This document shows positions 10,342-20,290 of a DNA stretch of 37,978 bases, piece by piece. The DNA comes from a virus (Duplodnaviria; Caudoviricetes): positions 1-37,978 of IMG/VR virus record IMGVR_UViG_3300025066_000066. The stretch is one strand, 5' to 3'. The notes below the pieces were generated by a model. The model was not told where the DNA came from. It saw nothing but the letters and a program-made list of their open reading frames with translations, and did not search any database. Made by a program: the position numbers and the translations under genes. Every line of letters begins with the position of its first letter. Position 1 is the stretch's first letter.

Positions 10342-10995
10342 ATGAAATATTGGGGTGAAGATCAAGAAGAAGCTGTTGTTGAGTTTAACACAAATGACGA
10401 CATAGATGAAAAACATAAAGTTTTTGTAGCAATCATTGAACCTGCCTTTCGCAAACTTGTAGAAAACATTTACTATACTTATAATTTTAATAAAATATTG
10501 TGGGACAGAGAGCAGATTGAGCATGAAGTCATGACTCATCTGTATGAAAAGTTAAGCAAGTTTGACGTAACTAAAAATAAGAAATCTTTTTCATATTTTG
10601 GCACCATCACAAAAAATTGGATGATTCAGCGATGTAATGCTGATAAAAACAAACGATTTATTGATGATGATAATCAAGATATAATTGTGCAGAATATTAG
10701 TATACATGCATACGAGGAAGATGAAGTTGTGCGACATAATGAAGAGTTTATAAATGAAATCATTGGAGACTTTGACGATTGGGATGCCAAAGATAACTAT
10801 ACAAGAGATGATTTCGCTGTTTTAGAAATAGTTAATGATATACTCAAAAACTATGAGAGATTCAATATTTATAATAAGAAGCAACTTTATGTATATATTA
10901 GAGAGGCTACGGATTTACCAAGTCGAAAGATAACGAAATCTTTAAAAAAGATAAAGATGAATTATTTTTCTGTTAGAGAAGATTTCATAGGTTGA
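10342..10995 (+). CDS. Phage RNA polymerase sigma-factor-like protein (late sigma, T4 gp55-like)
   Basis: 217 aa. The region-2-like 'HLYEKLSKFDVTKNKKSFSYFGTITKNWMIQ' parallels the gp55-type 'FDP.K..N.F.YFT.I..N' motif, and the C-terminus is helical/HTH-like ('YIREATDLPSRKITKSLKKIK'). AAGGA RBS. Confidence 0.7.
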   Translation: MKYWGEDQEEAVVEFNTNDDIDEKHKVFVAIIEPAFRKLVENIYYTYNFNKILWDREQIEHEVMTHLYEKLSKFDVTKNKKSFSYFGTITKNWMIQRCNADKNKRFIDDDNQDIIVQNISIHAYEEDEVVRHNEEFINEIIGDFDDWDAKDNYTRDDFAVLEIVNDILKNYERFNIYNKKQLYVYIREATDLPSRKITKSLKKIKMNYFSVREDFIG

Positions 10996-10996
10996 T

Positions 10997-11185
10997 ATGG
11001 ATGAAAAAGAGTTACGAGAAAATGCTGAGCGTTATTGTGAGTTACTAATAGTATATGATAATATGTTGCAAGCTCTTGAAAAAGTAACTCAAAAGATATC
11101 AGAGACGAGAAAAGAGTTGGTGTATCTGGAGAAAATTTTGGAAGATAATGGCGCGCAAATTAAAGATGTTGAGATAAGTAAATGA
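10997..11185 (+). CDS. Small coiled-coil hypothetical protein
   Basis: 62 aa with heptad-like Leu/Ile pattern. It starts 1 nt after the upstream stop and has an ATGA overlap with the downstream gene. Confidence 0.6.
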   Translation: MDEKELRENAERYCELLIVYDNMLQALEKVTQKISETRKELVYLEKILEDNGAQIKDVEISK

Positions 11186-12828
11186 ACCGCGGACCTACAA
11201 GCACTTTTAGGTATAATAACAGAGCTGCGGATTACATCCAATCTAGCTTTAATATATCTAAAGGTGTAACTCAACTAGCTCCTACTTTAATTTTTAAAGG
11301 AGTTGTTATAGATGTTGATTTTGAGGCAATAAAATCTACTACTTTTGCTAGTATGACGCCGCCTTTTAGTGTGTTTGCAAAAATAATTGGAATGGATGAT
11401 GATGTTATAAACCCATCTAATGAATCAAATAAAATTTACTATCCTCCTCTTTTTCCAATGCATACTATATGCATCCCCGAGATTGGCGAAGAGGTTTTGA
11501 TTTTAAAAGAAAATTCTGAATCTTCTTCTCAAGGATATTATATTGGTAGAGTTAATGATTCTAGTCCATTAAATATAAGCTATGCGCGTGACTATGTTGC
11601 AACAAATGATGCTGAAACTAATAATCGTTATAGATATGGCTTTTCTTTTGATGTTAGAGAGTTAAGAGAAAAATTTTTACATAAAATGCCGGAAAGTACA
11701 GATGGTAATTTTTCTATTCCTATGACTTATGGAGATGTAGTTCAACAAGGTCGAACTAAAACTTACCTAAGACATTCTTTTAATAGAAATAATAAAAAAG
11801 GTGTATTGGAACAAGGTATTAGAATGGATGGCCAATTATTATCTAGAGATCAAGTTAATAGCTTTGATTACGAACGAGTCTCAGATCTAGCTGGTGATTT
11901 TGATGTTTATTTGACTGATGATGGAGAAGATAGTACAGGCGTAGTACAACCTGCAAAAAAATTAATAAGAAGTGTAGACCCCTCTATAGGTGTTACTAAA
12001 ACTAAAAGTATTCATCTTGTTGACTCTTCTATAAGAAGGTTAGGAGATTATACTTATCAAAGTTTTTATGGAAATAAACAAACGGGCGATTTAGAGGGCG
12101 ACGATAAAGGGATGATTGTTAACATCGCTGAAGAGATTTATAATATTTCTTCTCGTAATGTTGGTGGCGCCTTATATAGGCAAGTACTTGGCGAAAAGCT
12201 AGTTACTCAACAACAACAATCTCTTAACTTAATGAAAGAAGTGATGAATACTGTGTCCGAATTTGCTTCTTCTACTCAGACTTTATTAGATGCTTTTTTA
12301 GATCATACTCATGCTCTTCCTAAAATAGAATTAAATTTAGAAAAAACAATAGAAATGAAAGATATATATAGCACCCCACCTAGAGTAAGGCGACAACCGA
12401 ATTTAGTTGTTAATTTACCTGGCAAAATGATTATGGTTCCTAGACCACACAGCCCACTGGGGCCCGAGAGAATATGGGTGCCAGGTGGCAAAACATCTAT
12501 TCCACAACCACCAAAAATAGTGAGCCGCGGCCGCATGAGAGTCCGAACGCGGAAACAAGAAATTAACTTTGAAGCTATTATTGGGGGTGCTGAGAATCCA
12601 CGATTTACAGCACCTGTGCAAACGGATAAAAATCCAGCCGCCTCTATTGATCAGATACCTGGCGGACCCATGACGAATAGGGGAAAAACTGAGTTAGGTA
12701 TGAAAACAGCAACGATTAATACTGATTTAGAAAAAATAATTGATAAGTTCACTACTCAACGCGAAAGATTAAACGAGTTAACATTAAAAGTTAATCAGTT
12801 TTTAAGCAAAAATCAATTTGTTAACTAA
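11182..12828 (+). CDS. Baseplate central spike (T4 gp5 / P2 gpV-like, N-terminal OB fold)
   Basis: 548 aa. OB-fold signature 'YYPPLFPMHTICIPEIGEEVLIL...YYIGRVN', 'GDVVQQGR', 'VLGEKL', an HxH motif 'DHTH' and terminal 'LSKNQFVN'. It lies immediately upstream of the gp25-like gene. Confidence 0.7.
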   Translation: MNRGPTSTFRYNNRAADYIQSSFNISKGVTQLAPTLIFKGVVIDVDFEAIKSTTFASMTPPFSVFAKIIGMDDDVINPSNESNKIYYPPLFPMHTICIPEIGEEVLILKENSESSSQGYYIGRVNDSSPLNISYARDYVATNDAETNNRYRYGFSFDVRELREKFLHKMPESTDGNFSIPMTYGDVVQQGRTKTYLRHSFNRNNKKGVLEQGIRMDGQLLSRDQVNSFDYERVSDLAGDFDVYLTDDGEDSTGVVQPAKKLIRSVDPSIGVTKTKSIHLVDSSIRRLGDYTYQSFYGNKQTGDLEGDDKGMIVNIAEEIYNISSRNVGGALYRQVLGEKLVTQQQQSLNLMKEVMNTVSEFASSTQTLLDAFLDHTHALPKIELNLEKTIEMKDIYSTPPRVRRQPNLVVNLPGKMIMVPRPHSPLGPERIWVPGGKTSIPQPPKIVSRGRMRVRTRKQEINFEAIIGGAENPRFTAPVQTDKNPAASIDQIPGGPMTNRGKTELGMKTATINTDLEKIIDKFTTQRERLNELTLKVNQFLSKNQFVN

Positions 12829-12841
12829 TTGAGAATATATT

Positions 12842-13375
12842 ATGCCAAGAGAAAATTTTAGGGGTTCAGAAACAACTATAGATCCTTTTTATCCAGATGG
12901 TTATGTTTCTAGTGACCAAGATAGGCAACAAATTCTTGCTAATAAGGCAAAATATGCTGCAAATGTAAACTCTATCAATTTAAAGTTCCCACTTAAGTCT
13001 TATGAGAGAGGGTTTTTTCAAGGAAACACTGATACTATTAGTGCGGTTAGAGAAAATATAAAAACTCTTCTTTTAACCACTAAGGGTGAAAGAGTAATGC
13101 ACGCCGAGTTGGGCACTCATATACCTGTGCTGCAGGGGCAACTATTTGAACCCACCACAAGAGAAGAAACATTTGAAAATATAAGATTAGAAATAGAAAC
13201 CGCTGTACAAACATATTTACCTTATATAAGAATACGTAATATAAGTATGATAACCCAAGAAGAAGAGCCAGCATTAGGTAATAACAAAATAAGAGTTAAT
13301 ATGTCTTATGTTATAGCTGATCAAAATGCATTAGCTGATAATGTTGATATAACTTTGAACAACCCTGAGAGCTAA
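12842..13375 (+). CDS. Baseplate wedge / sheath-initiator protein, gp25/GPW family
   Basis: 'AVRENIKTLLLTTKGERVMHAELGT...LFEP...IETAVQTYLPYIRI' is the gp25 family signature. Confidence 0.9.
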   Translation: MPRENFRGSETTIDPFYPDGYVSSDQDRQQILANKAKYAANVNSINLKFPLKSYERGFFQGNTDTISAVRENIKTLLLTTKGERVMHAELGTHIPVLQGQLFEPTTREETFENIRLEIETAVQTYLPYIRIRNISMITQEEEPALGNNKIRVNMSYVIADQNALADNVDITLNNPES

Positions 13376-13376
13376 A

Positions 13377-15221
13377 ATGCCTATAACTTCAAATAGAGAT
13401 ATTAATTATTTATCCAAAGATTTTGATTCTATTAAATCTGACCTTATGGATTATGTTAAAAGACACTTTCCTAGTGATTGGCGCGATTTTAATGATGCAT
13501 CTGGAGGCATGGCTCTATTAGAGTTAATCGCTTATGTGGGCGATATTCTAAGCTTTAATGTTGATCGACAAGTAAATGAGGCATATATAAATCGTGCTGT
13601 AGAATTAAAAAATATAGTTTCATTGGCTCAGAATTTTGGATATAAGCCTAAAAATTCCACACCAGCCGTAGTAAATCTTGCAGTATCTGCTGATTTTAGT
13701 AATACAACATCTGCAGAAACTTTGTTTACTTTAAAAAAAGGCGCAACTGTTTTAACTAATTATGACCCTATAGTATCGTTTGAAACTTTAAGTGATGTAA
13801 ATTTTTCAAGTCCATCGAATAGAATAATACAAACTGCAGGTGCCACTACTACAGTAAGTGTGTCAGGCGTTTCTGCGGTTGCAGGAATTTCAAAGATTTT
13901 TAAATATAGGGCTAATGACCCAGTAAAGTTTTTAAAAATTACTTTGCCCGACTCTAATATTAATGAAGTAATGTCTGTTTCTGCATCTGATGGAAGTGAG
14001 TATTATGAAGTTGATAGTTTAGCTAGAGATACTATTTTTATAGGTGACGTTAATACAGGTAGTGGTTCAGGTGATGCTGGATATGTTATGAAATTAAAAA
14101 GAGTTCCAAAAAGATATGTAGTGGAACGCGACCCTACTGGATTAACTTCTATAAGATTTGGGCCTGGAGTATTAATGGAGGCTGATGCCGATGTTATTCC
14201 AAATCCTAATGATTTTGTTTTACCTCCAACATTACGTGGATCTCCTTCAGGCTTCGCGCCAGCAGCGATTGATTCCACTAATTTTTTAAAGACTAAATCA
14301 CTTGGTGTAGCTCCTCAAAACACTGATATAACTATAAATTATAGATCAGGGGGAGGGGTGGTCACTAATGTAGGTGCGGGCACTTTAACAAGAATAATAA
14401 ATAAAGATTTAGTATTTGCAACGCCTAATTTGCAGTCGGTGTCAGCTACTGTAGTAACAAACATTACTAATACTATAGCTTGCTCTAATGGTGATCAAGC
14501 TTCTGGTGGTGAGCAAGCAGAAACAATTTCATCTATTAGAGAGAATGCTGTATATAATATGGGGTCACAATTACGATGCGTAACTTTACAAGATTATCAA
14601 GCCAGAATAATGTCTATGCCTTCGCAGTTTGGAAGTGTGTTTAGAAGTCTTGTAAGAAAAGATCCGAACAATAGTATGGGTGTTGAGTTGTTTTTAGTAA
14701 CGAGAAATAATCAGAAACAGTTAACACTATCCTCAGATGTGATAAAAAATAATATAGAAACATATATTAAAAATTTTAAATCCTTTTCTGATACAATAAA
14801 ATTAACTAATGGACGTATAATTAATATTGGGGTTAATTTTACAATTGTTCCTCAGTCAAATGCTAATGCACAAGAAGCTCTTATGGAGTGTATTTTAGTG
14901 CTACAAAGAGTGTTTGATACTGCTCGCACTAATTTTAATGATAGTATTGTTATACCCGATATCCAAGCTCGGCTGCAATCATTGCAAAAAGTTAGATCAA
15001 TTCCAGAGCTAAAAATAATTAATAAAACCACTACTGTTGGAACTAGAACTTATTCAGGTACAGAACTTAATATTAATGCCAACACTAGTAGTGGCATTTT
15101 AAAGTTCCCCGTTGACGCAGTATGGGAGTTAAAATATCCTAACTTTGATATTATAGGCCGAACCGCTGATCAATCTACAGCAAATCTTCAAGGTGCTGGA
15201 ACTACCGACGCCGGATATTAA
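13377..15221 (+). CDS. Baseplate wedge protein, T4 gp6 / baseplate J family
   Basis: 'YLSKDFDSIKSDL...DFNDASGGMALLELIAYVGDILSFNVDRQVNE', 'IRFGPG' and 'ASGGEQAETISSIRENA...RCVTLQDY'. Confidence 0.9.
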   Translation: MPITSNRDINYLSKDFDSIKSDLMDYVKRHFPSDWRDFNDASGGMALLELIAYVGDILSFNVDRQVNEAYINRAVELKNIVSLAQNFGYKPKNSTPAVVNLAVSADFSNTTSAETLFTLKKGATVLTNYDPIVSFETLSDVNFSSPSNRIIQTAGATTTVSVSGVSAVAGISKIFKYRANDPVKFLKITLPDSNINEVMSVSASDGSEYYEVDSLARDTIFIGDVNTGSGSGDAGYVMKLKRVPKRYVVERDPTGLTSIRFGPGVLMEADADVIPNPNDFVLPPTLRGSPSGFAPAAIDSTNFLKTKSLGVAPQNTDITINYRSGGGVVTNVGAGTLTRIINKDLVFATPNLQSVSATVVTNITNTIACSNGDQASGGEQAETISSIRENAVYNMGSQLRCVTLQDYQARIMSMPSQFGSVFRSLVRKDPNNSMGVELFLVTRNNQKQLTLSSDVIKNNIETYIKNFKSFSDTIKLTNGRIINIGVNFTIVPQSNANAQEALMECILVLQRVFDTARTNFNDSIVIPDIQARLQSLQKVRSIPELKIINKTTTVGTRTYSGTELNINANTSSGILKFPVDAVWELKYPNFDIIGRTADQSTANLQGAGTTDAGY

Positions 15222-15233
15222 TGAGAGAATAAA

Positions 15234-16841
15234 ATGAGCTACGCAAGAGCATTTTCAAAAATAGATACTTGGATTACGGAATATTCTGTTACTGCTAATT
15301 TTGGTTTAACACCAGTATTAGAGGTGTGGAATAAAGTTAATGATCGCCGTGATGATAGAAAAGAGTGGGCAAGAATGTTGGTTAAGTTTGGTCTTACTTC
15401 TCTAAGTGCTGGTATTGTAAGTACTGGTAAGTATCCCGACCCAAGAACCGATTCAACTGTATCTGCTTACATTTATATGTTTAATACGCCATCTACTGAT
15501 ACGGTGCCAGAAAATTTTGATATATGGAGTTTTCCTCTTACATCAAATTGGATTGAAGGTCGTGGGTTAGATAATGATAACTTTAGTAACACAGGTTTTG
15601 CTAATGCATTATCAGCCACAAATTTAGTTGCATGGAAAACAGATAGTAATGCAGGTCAAACAGGTGCCAATAATTATTTGGGTTACGCGACTGAAGTTTA
15701 TGATTCTAATTCCGGTTCAGCAAGTTTTGTTAATGGTGAAGAAAACCTTAAAATAGATGTTACTGATTATTTCAAGGCTTTTCTTAATTACGCTACAGGA
15801 ACTTCTATTGCTAATGGTGGATCTGCAGATCATGGCTTTCTTTTTAGAATGTCAAATGCTCAAGAATGTAAAGATGCAACTGAGGCCACTGCAGCTGGCG
15901 TTGATACATCAGTATCAGCAACAAACTTTTATTCTAAAAAGTTTTATAGTCGTGAAACAAATACGCAGAAGCAACCTTACCTGCAGTTGGAATGGCCAGG
16001 CGCTATCAAGGATGATAGAAAAAATATTAAGTTTTCTAAGTCTGGTCTTCTATACTATTATAGTGTAGTTGACGGCGCATTAACTGATTTAAATGGCACA
16101 GGGCCATTTCCAGGTCATGTAACTTTGAGTGCAGATGGTAACACAACAGTCGCAGGTAGCACAGGAATTTATTTAGGTATTGCGGTTTCAGCAGCACGCG
16201 CATCAAAAGGTATATATAAAATCAATGTAGGTGATGCTGGCACTGAAACTGCGGCTGCTGGTTTGACAGGGATAAATATTGGTTTGTCTAGCGCAACTTC
16301 TTTTACAGATAGTTGGACAGTTACAACTGCTGGCGAATATAGGACTGATTCATTTGCGTTTAGTTGTATATTACCTACGTCGGGACATAGCAATTATACC
16401 ACTGCTAATTATCAAATTACACTTAGTAATTTGGTTCCGAAGTTTCAGCCTGGAACTACTCAACGTATTAGGGTTAATATAAAAGATAGAACTACTTCTT
16501 TAAAAAGTGTTACAGGTAGTAGCACCGCCGCTAATAACTTTACTGTTAAGGCGGGTAAGATTCAGATTAGAGAGAAATATACAGATGATATAGAAATACA
16601 AAACTTTGATATCTCTTATGATTCTGAGGGTAATTTCTTTGATTTAGATACTAATCTTTTATATGTGGGCATACCGTATAAGGTGTATATGGAATTAGAA
16701 GTGCGCGGCGACACCTTCTATTATGATTTCCCCGATAGGTGGGGTTTTGTGGTTGGTGAATCTTATAATACAGAAGATACAAACCCATCTTCTATGGCTA
16801 AACGAACCCGTGATGCTAATTATGATTATGGTCTTCTATAG
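15234..16841 (+). CDS. Baseplate-associated structural protein (DNRLRE-like beta-sandwich plus Ig-like C-terminus)
   Basis: 535 aa. 'DTWITE...NFG...LEV...RMLVKF', 'W.EG.G', 'IDVTDY...HGFL' and 'KFYSRETNTQKQPYLQLEW' resemble the DNRLRE-type domain. It sits between the gp6-like and gp7-like genes. Confidence 0.55.
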   Translation: MSYARAFSKIDTWITEYSVTANFGLTPVLEVWNKVNDRRDDRKEWARMLVKFGLTSLSAGIVSTGKYPDPRTDSTVSAYIYMFNTPSTDTVPENFDIWSFPLTSNWIEGRGLDNDNFSNTGFANALSATNLVAWKTDSNAGQTGANNYLGYATEVYDSNSGSASFVNGEENLKIDVTDYFKAFLNYATGTSIANGGSADHGFLFRMSNAQECKDATEATAAGVDTSVSATNFYSKKFYSRETNTQKQPYLQLEWPGAIKDDRKNIKFSKSGLLYYYSVVDGALTDLNGTGPFPGHVTLSADGNTTVAGSTGIYLGIAVSAARASKGIYKINVGDAGTETAAAGLTGINIGLSSATSFTDSWTVTTAGEYRTDSFAFSCILPTSGHSNYTTANYQITLSNLVPKFQPGTTQRIRVNIKDRTTSLKSVTGSSTAANNFTVKAGKIQIREKYTDDIEIQNFDISYDSEGNFFDLDTNLLYVGIPYKVYMELEVRGDTFYYDFPDRWGFVVGESYNTEDTNPSSMAKRTRDANYDYGLL

Positions 16842-16851
16842 GAAACTTTAA

Positions 16852-19800
16852 ATGGCAGATTCTGGATTTTCATATGAAACATTAGTAGCATCTTTATCAG
16901 CAGTTGGCAGCTCTAGTGGTGAGCTTATAAGTCTTAGTCTTACAGGAAGAGATAGTAAGGTAATTCCTCTTATTGACTATGGTGATTTTTCTCAGCATGT
17001 ATTTTTTACTGACGCTGTAAGATTATTTAATACTTCTTTTGATAGAATAGTTAATGAATATCCTATTGGTGCCAGCGGTACAGATGTTTCTTCTTTATGT
17101 GCTGAAAATATTTTTAAAGTAGATGAGTTTAAAAAGAAATCAACTGGGTTTGATTTATGGTTACTAGATAAATTAGCTATAACCGGTTCTAAGTCTGCTA
17201 ATCCAAATGCAGAGCCTAATGTTACGATGAATGCCACTAATCAAGATGGGGATACAGTTCCTCTGGTGCATATTATTAGGGGCGCTACAAACAGTGTAAC
17301 TGGGTCTCAAACAGCATTAGTTGCTTCAGTTTCTTCTAGGGCTGTTAACTTTGAAGAAACAAATACAAATATTGTAGATAGGACTGCAGGCACAGCAGAA
17401 TACCTCACTATAGATACAAGTCCAGATGGCCTGAAGCGTTCTACAGCACGTAGAGCTATAATAGAGTTTCCTTCTACGGCTGAAACACGAATTACTCGCG
17501 GTCCAGAACTTAAGAATTTATTGCCACAAATATTATTTTCTGGTGATGAAGATGCAATATTAGAAAAAACATTAGCTGCGATGGGTGATGAGTATGATGA
17601 AATAAAAACTTTTATTAACCAAATAGCTAATGTTAAACGAATAAGCTACGACAAATATAATAGAGTACCAAATAAATTTTTACCATCATTAGCAGCTGAG
17701 TTTGGTATTAATTTATATGGGGTGGCTACAAATAGTGATTTCCAAAAGTATTTGACTCAATCTACTTCTGGAGCAACGACTCAAGAAATAACTTATGAGA
17801 TATGGAATAAGATTCTCAATAATATTAATTATCTTTTAAAGACAAAGGGTACAAAAGAAGCTGCTGAAGCAATAAATAGGATATACGGAGTTGATCACAA
17901 TTATGTAAAATATAATGAATACTCTGCCTTTCATAAACCTTCTAGTGTGAGAGTCATTGAAGAGGTTGATTTTCCAGCTTTTTATACTTCAGGTGATGCT
18001 TTTATTCAAACTACTGCAGATGCAACTACAGGTTCAGCGTTAGCTTTTGATTTTCCAGCTTCTACAAATTTTACTATTGAAATGCGAGTATCTGCAACGG
18101 CCGATCATAGTTCGATGACTTTATTAAAGCATCCGATGTATACTATTGATATGGATGCAAGTGGAAGAGCGGCTTTTAAATCTACTACGACTGCTTCTAT
18201 GTCTGCCATTACTGATTTAACTTCGATGTCTGGTTGGGTTAAGGGTGGCGGTAGTGCCAATAATTTTGTAAATGTAATAGCATCTCGTTCTGGTGATACA
18301 TTAAGAGTATGGACAATGGCTCTATCAGCATCTCCTACAGGGGGTAATGATATAGTATCTTGGTCTTCTGGATCAACGGCTCACTATGATGTAGCGCGAA
18401 TTAACTTCTCTTCTACTGGTGGTGTCGGTACTAATTCTGTAGGGGGCACTAATTATTCACAATTCCCTGCTTATTTTCCTGCTTCTGGTTCCTTTACAGG
18501 CTATATGCATGAAGTAAGAGCTTGGCATGATGTCGCTCTGCAAACAGAAGATTTATATGAACATGCAAGAAATTTTGAATCAGTATCATTTCAAAATTCT
18601 ACGGGAAGTATAAATACAGTAGGTATTACAAATAAAGCTAACTTCTCTAGTTTATCTGCTCATTATAAATTAAGAGAAAATGTGGTATTAACTGGGTCGG
18701 CAGCTTCTTATAACTTTATAGTAGATTCTACCACAGCTAGTAATACTGCGCATCCTGTCAGTTTTGGTGGATTAAGCGCTAAACATTATAGAGTTTTTGA
18801 AAATCAAAAGAAAATAGCTAATTACTCACCTGTTGGATTATCACCTGATAATGATAAAATTACTCAAGGTACAGATATAGATAGGATTTTAGATGTAGGC
18901 TATGTTAGTTATGCATTAAGCCCTATAAATGTTCTTAACAATGCTATTCGTAATTTTTATCAAAACTTAGATATCGCGGGTACAATGGGTGATCCGGAAG
19001 ATTTATTTAGAAAAGAATATACAGGGCCTTTTGTTGAACAATGGCATGATGTAACAGCACAAATGGGATTAGCTCCTTCAGCTACATTTGCTACACAATC
19101 TTCTACAGCTTGGGATAGAATAAGATCGGGTGGAGGAGTGTTAGGGAGCACTATAAGTGGCGCTAGTGGAAACACTACAAGTGTGACTGATCTCAATGCC
19201 TATGTTAAATCTGTAGCTAATTTTAACGATACTTTTGGGGGTATTTTTACCTTTATAAAACAGTTCATACCTGCTAAGTCAGGTACAGTAGCTGAAGGTG
19301 TGTTCGTCGAAAACCACCTCTTAGAACGTCCAAAAATGAAGAGAACTTTTGGGTTGAGGGAGTCAACTGGGACAGGTTATGTCGGAGCACCTACCATGAG
19401 TGGCGATCGCGGCGTTATTTCTTATGATGAAGGTAAAACTCCAAACAATCAAGTGCCAAGTTTAATTGATATTGCTGTTACAGCCTTTACTGTTAATAAT
19501 CATTATAGTCCTGGCAACTTATCTACTCAAGGGAGTAATAGTGGAAATGATTCTACGTTAATCGCCTCAGCTGCTACAACTGCTGATTTTCAAGGTTATC
19601 AATATCACAACGGCGTACAAGAATTTTTAGATAATAGTGTTACAACAGTAAGAAATGTTACAGCGTTAAGTGTTCAAAGCTCTACTAATGTTCCTCGTTT
19701 TTTACCGACAAGAATAGGTAGAGCCTTACCACTAACAATAAAGCCATCGGCTGCTGCAGCGGCTGCCGTAGAATTAACTACAGATGCATTGCTTATTTCA

Positions 19801-20274
19801 CCAACTGCCGCCCCTATATCTACTAATATTGGTGCAGTTATAAAAGGTAGTGTAAGAATGTTAGCGCGAGGTAATGTTTTTAAAACTGAAGCGCCTGCGT
19901 TAAGATTCGACTTCCCTACTTCTGGCAATGGTGATAATTATTTTGAAGCTACAGTGGGGAGTATAGCTGAAGGTAGAGGTAGAACAATAAAAGAAAAAGA
20001 TGTAAGTTTTACTACTAACTTAGAAACTGGTAATGTCGAGTTTGAATTAAGATTATCGGATGGGATTCGAGCTTTAACTGGTGAAGATCGCGTTTCTCAA
20101 AGTATAGTCGATAGAACTGTATCAGGCTCAATAGGTATTGTACCTATACGTATAACAAATCTTTTTAATAATGAAACAACGATATTTAGAGTAGGTATTA
20201 ATTCGGACTCTACGAAGGATACAGAAATAATTAGACAAATTCAAGAACAAGGTGGCACAACATTACAATCTTAA
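16852..20274 (+). CDS. Baseplate wedge protein (P2 gpI / T4 gp7-like) with inserted LamG/concanavalin-like domain
   Basis: 1140 aa. gpI-like 'VPNKFLPSLAAEFGINL...IWNKILNNINYLLKTKGTKEAAEAINRIYG' and 'IKQFIPAK...GVFVENHLLERPK'. LamG motifs 'FTIEMRV', 'FTGYMHEVRAW' and 'LSAHYKL'. Confidence 0.7.
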   Translation: MADSGFSYETLVASLSAVGSSSGELISLSLTGRDSKVIPLIDYGDFSQHVFFTDAVRLFNTSFDRIVNEYPIGASGTDVSSLCAENIFKVDEFKKKSTGFDLWLLDKLAITGSKSANPNAEPNVTMNATNQDGDTVPLVHIIRGATNSVTGSQTALVASVSSRAVNFEETNTNIVDRTAGTAEYLTIDTSPDGLKRSTARRAIIEFPSTAETRITRGPELKNLLPQILFSGDEDAILEKTLAAMGDEYDEIKTFINQIANVKRISYDKYNRVPNKFLPSLAAEFGINLYGVATNSDFQKYLTQSTSGATTQEITYEIWNKILNNINYLLKTKGTKEAAEAINRIYGVDHNYVKYNEYSAFHKPSSVRVIEEVDFPAFYTSGDAFIQTTADATTGSALAFDFPASTNFTIEMRVSATADHSSMTLLKHPMYTIDMDASGRAAFKSTTTASMSAITDLTSMSGWVKGGGSANNFVNVIASRSGDTLRVWTMALSASPTGGNDIVSWSSGSTAHYDVARINFSSTGGVGTNSVGGTNYSQFPAYFPASGSFTGYMHEVRAWHDVALQTEDLYEHARNFESVSFQNSTGSINTVGITNKANFSSLSAHYKLRENVVLTGSAASYNFIVDSTTASNTAHPVSFGGLSAKHYRVFENQKKIANYSPVGLSPDNDKITQGTDIDRILDVGYVSYALSPINVLNNAIRNFYQNLDIAGTMGDPEDLFRKEYTGPFVEQWHDVTAQMGLAPSATFATQSSTAWDRIRSGGGVLGSTISGASGNTTSVTDLNAYVKSVANFNDTFGGIFTFIKQFIPAKSGTVAEGVFVENHLLERPKMKRTFGLRESTGTGYVGAPTMSGDRGVISYDEGKTPNNQVPSLIDIAVTAFTVNNHYSPGNLSTQGSNSGNDSTLIASAATTADFQGYQYHNGVQEFLDNSVTTVRNVTALSVQSSTNVPRFLPTRIGRALPLTIKPSAAAAAAVELTTDALLISPTAAPISTNIGAVIKGSVRMLARGNVFKTEAPALRFDFPTSGNGDNYFEATVGSIAEGRGRTIKEKDVSFTTNLETGNVEFELRLSDGIRALTGEDRVSQSIVDRTVSGSIGIVPIRITNLFNNETTIFRVGINSDSTKDTEIIRQIQEQGGTTLQS

Positions 20275-20290
20275 TCGGAGGTATAGATAG

